Shown here piece by piece: positions 37,299 through 46,724 of a stretch of DNA of 64,000 nucleotides. The stretch is from Coraliomargarita sp. (GTDB lineage Bacteria > Verrucomicrobiota > Verrucomicrobiia > Opitutales > Coraliomargaritaceae). The stretch's first letter is position 1, and every line of letters begins with the position of its first letter. The notes under the pieces are model-generated. The model was not told where the DNA came from. It worked only from the letters and a program-made list of their open reading frames with translations, and made no database searches. The stretch is from positions 736,001-800,000 of the forward strand of contig OZ244160.1 of NCBI GenBank assembly GCA_965216325.1. Reading direction: 5' to 3'. The translations under genes and the position numbers were made by a program.

Positions 37299-38647
37299 TG
37301 TTTAATTTTCTCAAACGTAATGGTCTATGGATGTTCCTGTTGGCGGTGCTGACGGGGTATCTTGGTTTTGCGATATCCGGAGGGCAGGAACAAGTCTTCA
37401 TGCCTGGAGAGAGCACACATGGGCACCATCAGATCGAGATGTCTTGCACGGAGTGTCACACCAAGAACATGGGAGTGCGACAAGACGCGTGCACACGCTG
37501 TCATGCTGAGGAATTGGATCGTGTCTCCGATTCGCACCCGGTGATTAAGTTTAAAGATCCGCGTAATGCTTCACGTCTCGAGAAGATCGAAGCAACGAAG
37601 TGTATTACCTGTCACCGCGAACACCAGCCTGAGCTTACCGGCGATATGGGGGTCACGTTGCCCATCGATTATTGTGCGCACTGTCACCAAAAGATCGCCG
37701 AGCAACGTCCGTCACACGTGGGGATGGGCTTTGATACTTGCGCAACTGCGGGTTGTCATAATTTCCACGATAATACTGCACTCTATGAGCGTTTTCTCAC
37801 GGATCATTTGGATGATCCGGACTTTCGCTCGATTGCTCTGATGCGCGTTCGCGATCTGTATGATAGCCCAGAGGCTGCGGCCGGACCGGCACTGGCGAAG
37901 GACCAAGCAGACGTGCCGGAATCGGTCGAATATACGCACCGCATTTTGCATGACTGGTCGACCACTGCGCACGCGGCTGCAGGTGTCAATTGCACCGATT
38001 GTCATAATGCCAAGAATGAGGCGACGGGTGTTGTGGAATGGCATGACCAGCCGAGTTATGAATCCTGCCAGAAATGTCATACGGATGAGACCAAGGGCTT
38101 CCTCGCAGGGAAGCACGGTATGCGCCTTGCTGCTGGACTGAGCCCGATGACGCCGGGGATGGCAAAAATCCCGATGCGTCCCGAAGCGGCGCATCATGAG
38201 CTGAATTGTATTTCCTGCCACAGTAGTCACCGTTTCAATACACAGACTGCCGCGGTCGACTCGTGCTTAAAGTGCCATAACGATGAGCACTCACTCGCGT
38301 ACAAGGGTTCACTGCACTTCCAAACCTATCGTGATGCCTTGTCCGGCGCTAAGCCGGCCGATTCCGCGGTGAGTTGTGCAACCTGCCACATGCCACGTGT
38401 CGAGCGCACGAAATTTGGTGAGACCGTAACCATCGTTGATCACAACCAGAATAACAGTCTACGCCCCAACGAGAAGATGGTGCGGACATCCTGCATGCAA
38501 TGCCATGGTCTGCAGTTCACCCTCAACGCGCTCGCAGATGAGGAACTGATTCGAAACAACTTCCAAGGGCGTCCGAAGGTCCACGTCGAAAGTTTAGACA
38601 TGGCCCGGGAAGAGCTGCGCAAGAGTGAAGCACGCAAGCAGGACTAA
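37298..38647 (+). CDS. Multiheme cytochrome c (10 CxxCH + 1 CxxxxCH)
   Basis: N-terminal hydrophobic anchor/signal; CTECH, CTRCH, CITCH, CAHCH, CATAGCH, CTDCH, CQKCH, CISCH, CLKCH, CATCH, CMQCH; TGATG overlap with the upstream gene. Confidence 0.93.
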   Translation: MFNFLKRNGLWMFLLAVLTGYLGFAISGGQEQVFMPGESTHGHHQIEMSCTECHTKNMGVRQDACTRCHAEELDRVSDSHPVIKFKDPRNASRLEKIEATKCITCHREHQPELTGDMGVTLPIDYCAHCHQKIAEQRPSHVGMGFDTCATAGCHNFHDNTALYERFLTDHLDDPDFRSIALMRVRDLYDSPEAAAGPALAKDQADVPESVEYTHRILHDWSTTAHAAAGVNCTDCHNAKNEATGVVEWHDQPSYESCQKCHTDETKGFLAGKHGMRLAAGLSPMTPGMAKIPMRPEAAHHELNCISCHSSHRFNTQTAAVDSCLKCHNDEHSLAYKGSLHFQTYRDALSGAKPADSAVSCATCHMPRVERTKFGETVTIVDHNQNNSLRPNEKMVRTSCMQCHGLQFTLNALADEELIRNNFQGRPKVHVESLDMAREELRKSEARKQD

Positions 38648-38725
38648 GTCACCAGAAGTCTACAAGCAGTCTTGTCAGATTCGACTGAGAGTGTAGTGTA
38701 GAGCTTACTCTTACGTTCGCTTTTT

Positions 38726-39748
38726 ATGAAATCCTTACCGACGCGTCTGCTCACTCTTGTTTCACTCGGCTCATTACTGGCACTGACTGGTTGTAGTCAC
38801 TTTTCTAACAAATCTCAGCCAGATCGTTATAGTGCGGTGGCAGCTGCCTTAGCCAGTCAGAAGGGGGTCAATTCCATGCCGCTCATGCCACCACGGGAGG
38901 ATGTGCGTGTGGGGGATGTGTTCATCGTTGATGGGGAATCAGGCCAGATTCAGTTTCTAAATGCGGCTTCATGGGCAAGTTTGCCTCTGTTGGAGACAGT
39001 CCAGGAGCACTATGCTCAACGCCCATTGTACCGTAAGACTGATCCAGAGCTCTTTATGGATGACTATGAGGGCGAGGAGATGACGCCAGAGCCCTCAGTT
39101 AGTAATATTGAGCTCCGACCCATGCTAATTGGTCCGCTTGCACATGTGCAGGGGCGCAACGGTTTCTGGAAGTTAGTGCCCCCCGAAGTGCTAGCGTTAA
39201 CGCTGCCCCCGCAGCGTCGCCCAAATGTAGAAGTCTCGGTGCGTGCGAGTGCTGCCCAGTCCTATTCGTTACCGAAGTCAGTAGTGATCGATCGCGCTCT
39301 GAAGGATGGTACTGTAATACCTCTGATTGCGGATAACCTCAATTTAGTCACTAGCACGTCGACAGTCCGACTGTATGTGGTGAGCGAGGTAATCTATTCG
39401 CGTGTTATCAGTATGGGGGTGCGTCCATTGGCAGCCAAGGATCAGCGGAATTATTGGGACTTTCATGATTTTGCGACGGGTCCGACCAAGGGCCTGGACC
39501 GTGCGGCAAATTTGAATCGTCAGCTCCGTGATGAGAATCTGGATGATTTGCCTGGTGGTGAAGTGCGCTTTGTCTCGGTCACGGATGATTTGGTGCTCTT
39601 CCGCGCAACGATGGAAGAGCCGATTGCGATCGGTGTGCGTGGAGTCGTGTTGGACGTCGATCCTGAAACTGGTGAGGTGCTACAAGTCTCACTGACTCAC
39701 AATGCACCACTGCCATTCATTGAAGCAGAATTAGATGACGAGGTTTAG
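38726..39748 (+). CDS. Hypothetical lipoprotein
   Basis: Lipobox LTGC; 340-aa ORF. Confidence 0.75.
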   Translation: MKSLPTRLLTLVSLGSLLALTGCSHFSNKSQPDRYSAVAAALASQKGVNSMPLMPPREDVRVGDVFIVDGESGQIQFLNAASWASLPLLETVQEHYAQRPLYRKTDPELFMDDYEGEEMTPEPSVSNIELRPMLIGPLAHVQGRNGFWKLVPPEVLALTLPPQRRPNVEVSVRASAAQSYSLPKSVVIDRALKDGTVIPLIADNLNLVTSTSTVRLYVVSEVIYSRVISMGVRPLAAKDQRNYWDFHDFATGPTKGLDRAANLNRQLRDENLDDLPGGEVRFVSVTDDLVLFRATMEEPIAIGVRGVVLDVDPETGEVLQVSLTHNAPLPFIEAELDDEV

Positions 39749-39857
39749 TGTCTGACATTGTGCGCGGGCGGGCGACGTTTCCGTGGCGCTAAAATGTAGT
39801 TCACTGGATTCTGCAATTGTCATAGATCAAAGGAGCGCTCAAAAACGCTCCTTTTTT

Positions 39858-40682
39858 ATGCAAGCAGAAGACCTCGAACTCGATTTGATTGATATTTACG
39901 GTGGCACACAGGCACGTATGGCGACCATTGATGAAGCCATTACCAGTTATGCCGATGCAATGCTGGATGGTGCGGTCTTTCCACCAATCGTGGTCTTTTA
40001 CGATGGCTCCAAATATTGGTTGGCTGATGGCTTTCATCGTTTTCTGGCGGCACAACGAATCGAGAAGGCTGAAATTTCTGCAGAAGTGCATGCGGGTTCC
40101 CGCACGGATGCCTTGCGCTTTGCACTGGGTGCAAATGCGACCAATGGCATCTACCGTTCGAATGCTGATAAGCGCAATGCGGTTGAGATCGCTCTGGAAG
40201 AATGGCCGAACATGGCCAATTCGGTCATTGCCGAGCTGTGCAAGGTGTCGGCCGACCTGGTGCGCCGTTGCCGCGTAGAGATGGAACGGGATGAGCGGAT
40301 CGAGCCGCAAACCCGTGTCACGGGGCGCGACGGTAAAGAGTATCCAGCGGGCATTGAGCGTCAGCCACGCGGTGAAGGAAGTGCTCCCAAAGACGATGGC
40401 GGCAGCAATGCCGGGGGTGGTGCTGGTGGCGGCAAGGCCAAGAAGGACGACTTTGGTGCGCCGGGGGGCAGCAATGCCGAGATTGAGGCGGAAGCGCGCA
40501 AAATGATCCGCGAGGGCGAGATTAAGCACTCAGAATTGGACAAGCTCGTCAGCGCGACGGCCTTGGATTATGCTGACACCGCGATCAATGTTTTGGACCG
40601 CATGAAGGATGAAGATCCGCGTCGCCCTGAAGCGATCACTCGCATTGAGCGTTGGTTGGCGAAGCAGAAGGTGGGCGTCTAG
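39858..40682 (+). CDS. ParB/Srx N-terminal domain + HTH protein
   Basis: FPPIVVF...WLADGFHRFLA; NSVIAELCKVSADLVRR HTH; Gly-rich linker. Confidence 0.8.
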   Translation: MQAEDLELDLIDIYGGTQARMATIDEAITSYADAMLDGAVFPPIVVFYDGSKYWLADGFHRFLAAQRIEKAEISAEVHAGSRTDALRFALGANATNGIYRSNADKRNAVEIALEEWPNMANSVIAELCKVSADLVRRCRVEMERDERIEPQTRVTGRDGKEYPAGIERQPRGEGSAPKDDGGSNAGGGAGGGKAKKDDFGAPGGSNAEIEAEARKMIREGEIKHSELDKLVSATALDYADTAINVLDRMKDEDPRRPEAITRIERWLAKQKVGV

Positions 40683-40718
40683 CACAGGCAGTGTGACTCA
40701 GGCGGGACGCCTAAGCGA

Positions 40719-41870
40719 TTAGATCTCCCTCGAGCCAACATACACACGAGCGACTCGCTTGGTAATCGAGCAGAGTGCTTCCCAAGGAATCGTATTGGCC
40801 GTTTGGCTAAATTCGACTGCAGTGAGCTCCGCGGTATCGTTGACGCCGATCAAGGTTGCGCGGTCGCCGGACTCAACGCTCTCGAGCTCAGTGACATCGA
40901 CGATGGTTTGATCCATGGTCACGCGTCCGAGAATTGGGCAACGTTGTCCGTGGATCAGTACATGCCCGCGGTTGCTGAGATCCAGTGGCACACCGTCGCC
41001 GTAGCCTGCAGCAAGCACGGCAATACGAGAGTCGCGTGCCAGCTGGGTGGTTCGATTGTAACTAATGTCAGTGCCAGCCGGTAACGACTTCACGATGCCA
41101 ACTCGAGTGTGGAAGCTGAAGACCGGTTCGACGGTAATGTGCCCAAGGGCCGAGTCCGGGTAGGGTTGGACGCCGAATTGCAGTAGGCCCACACGCACTG
41201 CGTTGAATGGACTGTCTTCGCTCAGTGTTTGCAGGCCTGCCGAATTATCTGCGTGGATGATTAGGTCGGTGGTGTCGAGCTGCTCTAAAATTGCTCGGAG
41301 GCGCTCGCGCTGCAATCGGGTAAACTCACGGTCGGTGTCGGCGCTGGAGAAATGGGTATAGATGCCTTCGAGTTGTAGATGTGGGAGAGCGCGAATCGCC
41401 TTGAGCAAGTCCAAGGCCTCGCTGTGCCAAACACCCAGTCGCCCCATGCCGGTGTCGACTTTGAGATGCACCTTGAGTTGTCTGCTGCGCTGTTCGCCCA
41501 GTTGATTCAAAGCCTTTGCTTCGGCGTGGGTGCTAATAGTGGCGGTCAAGTCGTGGTCCACCAATCGATTCAGCTCTTGTGGGAGCACCGGGCTCAAAAT
41601 CAGGATGGGCCAGCCGGCACCCATGTGACGTATTTCCGCGGCTTCCGCGACGTTCGCCACTGCGAAATAATCGACGCCGCTCTGCATCAGACGGCGGACC
41701 ATGTGTGGCATGCCGTGCCCATAGGCATCCGCTTTAACGACTGAGATGTAGCGTACGCGTTGAGGCAGTGCGGCTTGAATGCACTTTAGGTTGCGTTCAA
41801 AAGCCGCGAGATCGATCTCAGCCCAGCAGCGATGTGGAAGGTCTTTTATGGCGGGAGTCGGGTTAGGCGT
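40719..41870 (-). CDS. alr: Alanine racemase (start codon non-canonical or mutated)
   Basis: The frame extends upstream of the track start: HRCWAEIDL...[10 protein letters not shown] (PLP lysine), [24 protein letters not shown]. Confidence 0.92.
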   Translation of the reverse strand, partial: TPNPTPAIKDLPHRCWAEIDLAAFERNLKCIQAALPQRVRYISVVKADAYGHGMPHMVRRLMQSGVDYFAVANVAEAAEIRHMGAGWPILILSPVLPQELNRLVDHDLTATISTHAEAKALNQLGEQRSRQLKVHLKVDTGMGRLGVWHSEALDLLKAIRALPHLQLEGIYTHFSSADTDREFTRLQRERLRAILEQLDTTDLIIHADNSAGLQTLSEDSPFNAVRVGLLQFGVQPYPDSALGHITVEPVFSFHTRVGIVKSLPAGTDISYNRTTQLARDSRIAVLAAGYGDGVPLDLSNRGHVLIHGQRCPILGRVTMDQTIVDVTELESVESGDRATLIGVNDTAELTAVEFSQTANTIPWEALCSITKRVARVYVGSREI

Positions 41871-42546
41871 TGGCGCGGTGGCGCTCTGCAGTCCACTTCT
41901 GGAAAGTGTTCACGCCAGAGCTATAGAGTTCGACACCTTCGGTCGGGCGAAGCAATGCATTCCCTGCCAGCACTTCAGGCAGACGCTCCGGGCTATAGTT
42001 GACCGTGGTTGCTCCACTGGGTGGGCTTTGCCAGCCTTTGCGCTGTGGTTGGTGAAAAAGAGCGTTACTCCAGGTCTTGAGGGCCTCGTCGTCCACGACT
42101 TCAGTGCTGCCAATCGTGCCGCTTTCAATTTTTACCGCGTTCCATGCGCCTTTCTTCCAGTCGGTGACGAGCAGGGCCTCGGTGGCCTCGGGATAGTCGA
42201 TCCGGATCAGTTGAGCGCTGAGTTGCAGGCTATTGTAGGCAAATCGCTTGGCGGATTGAGGATAGAGGCGGCTCCAAGTTTCAATTGCCATCGAGCAGAG
42301 GCGCAATCCGAGCACGGAGCCAGGGCCTTCGCTGTAGATATACGCGGCAACTTGATCGAGCGACGACCTTGCGTCAGTCAGCACTTGGTCCACCGCGGTA
42401 AACAGTCCTTCGAGTGCGGGTGCTTCGATACGTTGGTTCGCGAGCCACTGCTGGTTTTGCAGTAGTCCTACAAAGACGGCGTTCCCGCTGGCATCGATCA
42501 CGAGGGCGGGCTTGTCATTGGCAAGGTTGTGCGCAGAATTACTCAT
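41863..42546 (-). CDS. tsaB: tRNA threonylcarbamoyladenosine biosynthesis protein TsaB-like
   Basis: [19 protein letters not shown] (cf. GPGSFTGLR); adjacent to alr. Confidence 0.75.
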   Translation of the reverse strand: MSNSAHNLANDKPALVIDASGNAVFVGLLQNQQWLANQRIEAPALEGLFTAVDQVLTDARSSLDQVAAYIYSEGPGSVLGLRLCSMAIETWSRLYPQSAKRFAYNSLQLSAQLIRIDYPEATEALLVTDWKKGAWNAVKIESGTIGSTEVVDDEALKTWSNALFHQPQRKGWQSPPSGATTVNYSPERLPEVLAGNALLRPTEGVELYSSGVNTFQKWTAERHRANA

Positions 42547-42806
42547 TGTTGGCGCCATCCTGAAGGCAAAGCTTCTGCGCTGGCAAGCGAGAGCTGCTCA
42601 CAATTTACGCAGTTAGATCTAAGGACTTTGCTTTAGAGCCTGTCAAAAAGATGCTCTTAGATCGTGAATAGCTTGTAACAATGGCTTGCAAAGCCTCATT
42701 TACTCGACAATCGACTGGAATATTGACCTGTCCTTTGGCATCTTGAATAAGGTAGCGCAACTAGCACCTCAGGATGATCGGCGGCTGGTTGAAGAATCTT
42801 ATCCAA

Positions 42807-43757
42807 ATGAGTAAAACATCAGAGATTTATAATAGCGACGCATGGGACAGCCTGCGCAAACGATTTGCAGGCTCGGAAATGAGCGATATGGAGCTGCACA
42901 TTCTTGGGCAGAATGCGGGTAAGTCGTGGCCCTTTAAAGGCTCCGATGAGACGCCTGCGAAGTATCTGGAATTCGATTTTGAAGAACTCGGAAGCGTCCC
43001 AGGGCTCATTGGTAAGAAGCGCCGTATTCAGATCCTGATGGATATTCTAACTGAGACTTTAGCGTTTGATGATCCCTTTGCCGATATGGCTGACAAGGTG
43101 GAGGCTGATGGTGAGCATGATGTCACTTATGAGCGGGTAATGGTTCGTTTTGAAATCCCTGAGGCCTATCCCGCCAAGTTCATTGCGTTCGATACAGAAG
43201 GTCGTGAGTTGATTAAGTCTCAGGGCTGCGAGACACTGGGGGAGGTCGTTCGTTTTATAGCCGACTTGCCCTTTGATTCGGTTGGTGCTGCAGATTTGAA
43301 GACCTTCTTGAATTTGCTGGGGCATAAGGACGAGATCGGAATTGGTCGCTACATCCCGTATCGCCGAGGCAAGCCCGGGCTGCATTTGGCCGAGGCGGTT
43401 GGTCTTATTGCAGCCAATCTTCCGGAGAACTTACAGTTGGAACTTCTCAGCCAGACGGGCCTTGAGCTTAAACCTGATGAAAGCGCTCAGTTGGAAGCGG
43501 CTAGCACGCTGACACTTGAAGGGCAGTTGAAGACTGCACTGGAGCAACTTGACGCAATTGCGGAGCATTTCGCTGAGGAAGCCGCAGCATTGCAGCAATT
43601 GATTGAGGAGGGGGGCTCTTACCAACGCTACTTTATTACTATTAACGATTCCCGCACCGAGCGTATTTCACTGGCGCTGGCTCGTATTAAGTTTGGCGAT
43701 CCAACCAAGGAACGCACGGGCTTGATGGCCAAGCTTAGTGGTATTTTTAACAAATAA
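42807..43757 (+). CDS. Hypothetical cytoplasmic protein
   Basis: Long acidic, helical ORF with protein-like composition. Confidence 0.75.
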   Translation: MSKTSEIYNSDAWDSLRKRFAGSEMSDMELHILGQNAGKSWPFKGSDETPAKYLEFDFEELGSVPGLIGKKRRIQILMDILTETLAFDDPFADMADKVEADGEHDVTYERVMVRFEIPEAYPAKFIAFDTEGRELIKSQGCETLGEVVRFIADLPFDSVGAADLKTFLNLLGHKDEIGIGRYIPYRRGKPGLHLAEAVGLIAANLPENLQLELLSQTGLELKPDESAQLEAASTLTLEGQLKTALEQLDAIAEHFAEEAAALQQLIEEGGSYQRYFITINDSRTERISLALARIKFGDPTKERTGLMAKLSGIFNK

Positions 43758-43763
43758 ATTTTT

Positions 43764-44252
43764 ATGTCTACTGCTCCACAATCTGATGAAGGATCCTTCT
43801 GGGATCGCGAAGCATTACTGGCTAAACGCGAAAACGAACTCTTTGAAAAGGAAGAGGAGTTAAAACAGCGTGAGCAGGCGCTCCTGACTGAAGAGGCTGA
43901 ACGCATCGAGAAGAATCGCGATTTGGAGCAGCGCGAGGCGATCGTTGTTGATCGTGAACTTACCTTGCGTGAGACGGAAGCCTTATTGGATGCGCGCGAA
44001 AAAGTGATCAATGCATCCAGCCAAACGGCCGCGCCAATGGATGTTGAAAGTCTCCAAGCTGAGGCGCTTCTCAAAATTCAGGCGCAATTCGATGTGCGTG
44101 AAGCCAAAATGAAAGAAGCGGAGCGTGCCTTGCGTGAGCGTGAGATCTATGTTGAAGAGTGCGAGAACGCCCTGTCTGAGCGCGGGCTACAGATGCAGGA
44201 ACGTGAAGCGCGTATCGAACAAGCCGAAGAAAATCTCTCGCTCGGCTCCTAG
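43764..44252 (+). CDS. Coiled-coil hypothetical protein
   Basis: E/R/L-rich heptads (LxxRExxL repeats). Confidence 0.75.
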   Translation: MSTAPQSDEGSFWDREALLAKRENELFEKEEELKQREQALLTEEAERIEKNRDLEQREAIVVDRELTLRETEALLDAREKVINASSQTAAPMDVESLQAEALLKIQAQFDVREAKMKEAERALREREIYVEECENALSERGLQMQEREARIEQAEENLSLGS

Positions 44253-44340
44253 AGGTAGCACAGGCTCGGCCGTGTTATCCTTAACGCGCCGTAAAAGCTT
44301 TTTCGGCAGTTCGATAGGGATATCGAACCCTACCTTTACC

Positions 44341-45459
44341 TTATCCCAGATCGATCTGTTCGACGATCTCGAGGTCGTAACCGTCTAAGCCCACGACTTT
44401 ACGCTGGGTGCTGGAAAGCAGGCGGATTTGTTTTAAGCCGAGTTCAGATAGAATCTGTGCACCAATCCCGTAGTCACGGAAGTCCATTTTGGCGGGGCCG
44501 ACGTCCTTCATCTGCGTCTCGCCGCCGCGTTCGATAATACGTATGCCGCCTTGTGGCTGTTCGATATAAAGCAAGACGCCGTGCTTTGCTTTAGCGATCT
44601 GTTTCATCGCAGCACTGAGCGCATTGAAACCACCGAGCTCCTTGGATCTGAAAATGTCGCCGAGTAGATTTTCACTCTGCACACGAACCAGGGTTGGTTC
44701 GGCGTTGAGTTCTCCCATCGACAATGCGAAGTGCTGACGGTCATCGAGAATGCTGCGGAACACATGCAGGTCAAAGGTGCCGAACTCAGACTCGAATGGA
44801 CGGGTCAATACGTGCTCGATCAACTTGTCACGGGTGTGGCGATACTCGATCAGGTCGGCGATCGAGATCAGTTTTAGGCCGTGCTCCTCTTTGAATTTAA
44901 TCAAGTCCGGCACGCGGGCGAGGGTGCCGTCTTCGTTCAGAATCTCGCAAATGACACCGCTTGGGTTGAGGCCCGCGAGTTGGGCGAGATCGACCGCCGC
45001 TTCAGTGTGGCCCGCACGTTGCAGAACGCCGCCTGGCTTAGCACGCAGTGGGAACACGTGGCCCGGTTGCACCAGCATGTCCGGATGGGCAGTTGGATCG
45101 CTGAGGATACGAATGGTCTCTGCGCGATCGTAGGCGCTGATGCCAGTGGTGATACCTTCTGCAGCATCGACGGAAATCGCAAAATCAGTCTGATGTGACT
45201 CGCGGTTTTCAGATGCCATTGGGTTGATTCCGAGGCGGCGCAATTGATGACCAAGCATTGGCACGCAGATGAGGCCGCGGGCGTGGAGAATCATCTGATT
45301 CACTGCTTGTGGAGTGACTTTTTCGGCTGCCATCACCAAGTCGCCTTCGTTCTCACGATTTTCGTCGTCGGTCACGATCACGAGCTTACCATCTGCGATG
45401 TCGCGGATGGCATCTTCTACCTTGTCGAAGGCATCGGATTTGTCTTTTGCTTGAGTCAT
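44341..45459 (-). CDS. ribB: DHBP synthase fused to a degenerate GTP cyclohydrolase II domain (RibBX-like)
   Basis: DDENRENEGD, TTGISAYDR, RAGHTEA intact; the C-domain VRVQSENLLGD lacks the Zn-binding Cys residues. Confidence 0.9.
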   Translation of the reverse strand: MTQAKDKSDAFDKVEDAIRDIADGKLVIVTDDENRENEGDLVMAAEKVTPQAVNQMILHARGLICVPMLGHQLRRLGINPMASENRESHQTDFAISVDAAEGITTGISAYDRAETIRILSDPTAHPDMLVQPGHVFPLRAKPGGVLQRAGHTEAAVDLAQLAGLNPSGVICEILNEDGTLARVPDLIKFKEEHGLKLISIADLIEYRHTRDKLIEHVLTRPFESEFGTFDLHVFRSILDDRQHFALSMGELNAEPTLVRVQSENLLGDIFRSKELGGFNALSAAMKQIAKAKHGVLLYIEQPQGGIRIIERGGETQMKDVGPAKMDFRDYGIGAQILSELGLKQIRLLSSTQRKVVGLDGYDLEIVEQIDLG

Positions 45460-45516
45460 TATTGCGTTGAATGAATCGGATTCTACGCAACGCGCAACGG
45501 TTATTCCATCCTTTCT

Positions 45517-46497
45517 ATGAGCCTGCCCGAACACGTTCCCGACGAGCACACTGATGCCATGTGGGCCTTATCCGAGCGCCTTGGGCGCTTGGAGTTTGAG
45601 CGGCGACTGGCCAAAGAAGCGCAAATACGCAAGGCACGAGGGAATGGGCATAGTCGTGGAATCTTTCGCCGGGAGCGTCTGCTGAACGTCTACGGTATTC
45701 TTCGTGTTTCCTTGGTCTGCTGTGGTGTATGGCAGCGCGCAGTGCGTAATTACCTGGATGTGCAGCTGACCAATCAAGACTGGCGTTTTGAGCATTTGCC
45801 GAAGGCCTTTGACGGTTATCGCATCTTGCAACTCACCGATTTGCACGCAGACCTACATCCGGACTTTCCGGCGGCGGTGATTTATGCGCTGAATCAGGTC
45901 GAGTATGACCTTCTGGTGGTGACTGGAGATTTTCGAACCTGCACCTATGGTGACCATAGTGGTGCGAATACCGCAGCGATTGAGATCTTACAGCACGCCA
46001 AGGCCCCAGTGTATGCGACTCTGGGGAATCACGACTTCCTGTGCAAGGTGCCGGAGCTTGAAGCTGCAGGCATTCGCTTTTTACTCAACGAGTCTGCTCG
46101 GATCGAACGCGAAGGAGAGTCACTCTACTTGGTCGGTATCGACGACCCCAACTATTATAAGACACACAACTTCAAGCGAGCGGTTGAGGGCATCCCGACG
46201 GAATCCTTCCGTGTGCTACTCTCACACTCGCCGGAAACCTACCGAGAGGCGATGGACTATGGGATGGATTTGCTCTTGGCGGGCCATACGCACGGCGGGC
46301 AGCTATGTCTACCCGGTGGTCACGTGCTGGTTCATGATTCCAGTTCGCCACGCAGGCTCTTGTCGGGGGCGTGGTCGGAAGGATCCTTAAAAGGCTATAC
46401 CAGTCGAGGCACCGGTGCCACTGGTTTGCCCGTGCGCTTGAATTGTCCCGCAGAAATCACGCTGCATACCTTGCGGCGTGATGAACGAATTAAGTAG
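45517..46497 (+). CDS. Calcineurin-like metallophosphoesterase (YkuE-like)
   Basis: TDLH, TGDF, GNHD, LSHSP, GHTHGGQ. Confidence 0.92.
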   Translation: MSLPEHVPDEHTDAMWALSERLGRLEFERRLAKEAQIRKARGNGHSRGIFRRERLLNVYGILRVSLVCCGVWQRAVRNYLDVQLTNQDWRFEHLPKAFDGYRILQLTDLHADLHPDFPAAVIYALNQVEYDLLVVTGDFRTCTYGDHSGANTAAIEILQHAKAPVYATLGNHDFLCKVPELEAAGIRFLLNESARIEREGESLYLVGIDDPNYYKTHNFKRAVEGIPTESFRVLLSHSPETYREAMDYGMDLLLAGHTHGGQLCLPGGHVLVHDSSSPRRLLSGAWSEGSLKGYTSRGTGATGLPVRLNCPAEITLHTLRRDERIK

Positions 46498-46724
46498 GGC
46501 CTTTGCTTGCAAAGTGCCATCACCGACGGGAGCTCATTGTGAGCGGCATTGTGCGCTTCGACAAACTCAGGACCTTGGCCCTGTCAAATGGCGAGGCGTG
46601 CCTGCGCTATCCGCGTGTTTCTGTAGGATGAGACTTGCCTAATCAATAGATTGACTACTAAGTAGTGACACATCGCTTCCTTTCTGCGGCGTATCCTTTC
46701 ACCCAATACATTATTTTTTCTTGA

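Noticed and set aside
37298..38647. Calling the multiheme protein NrfA
   Set aside because: No CxxCK motif, and 11 rather than 5 heme sites.
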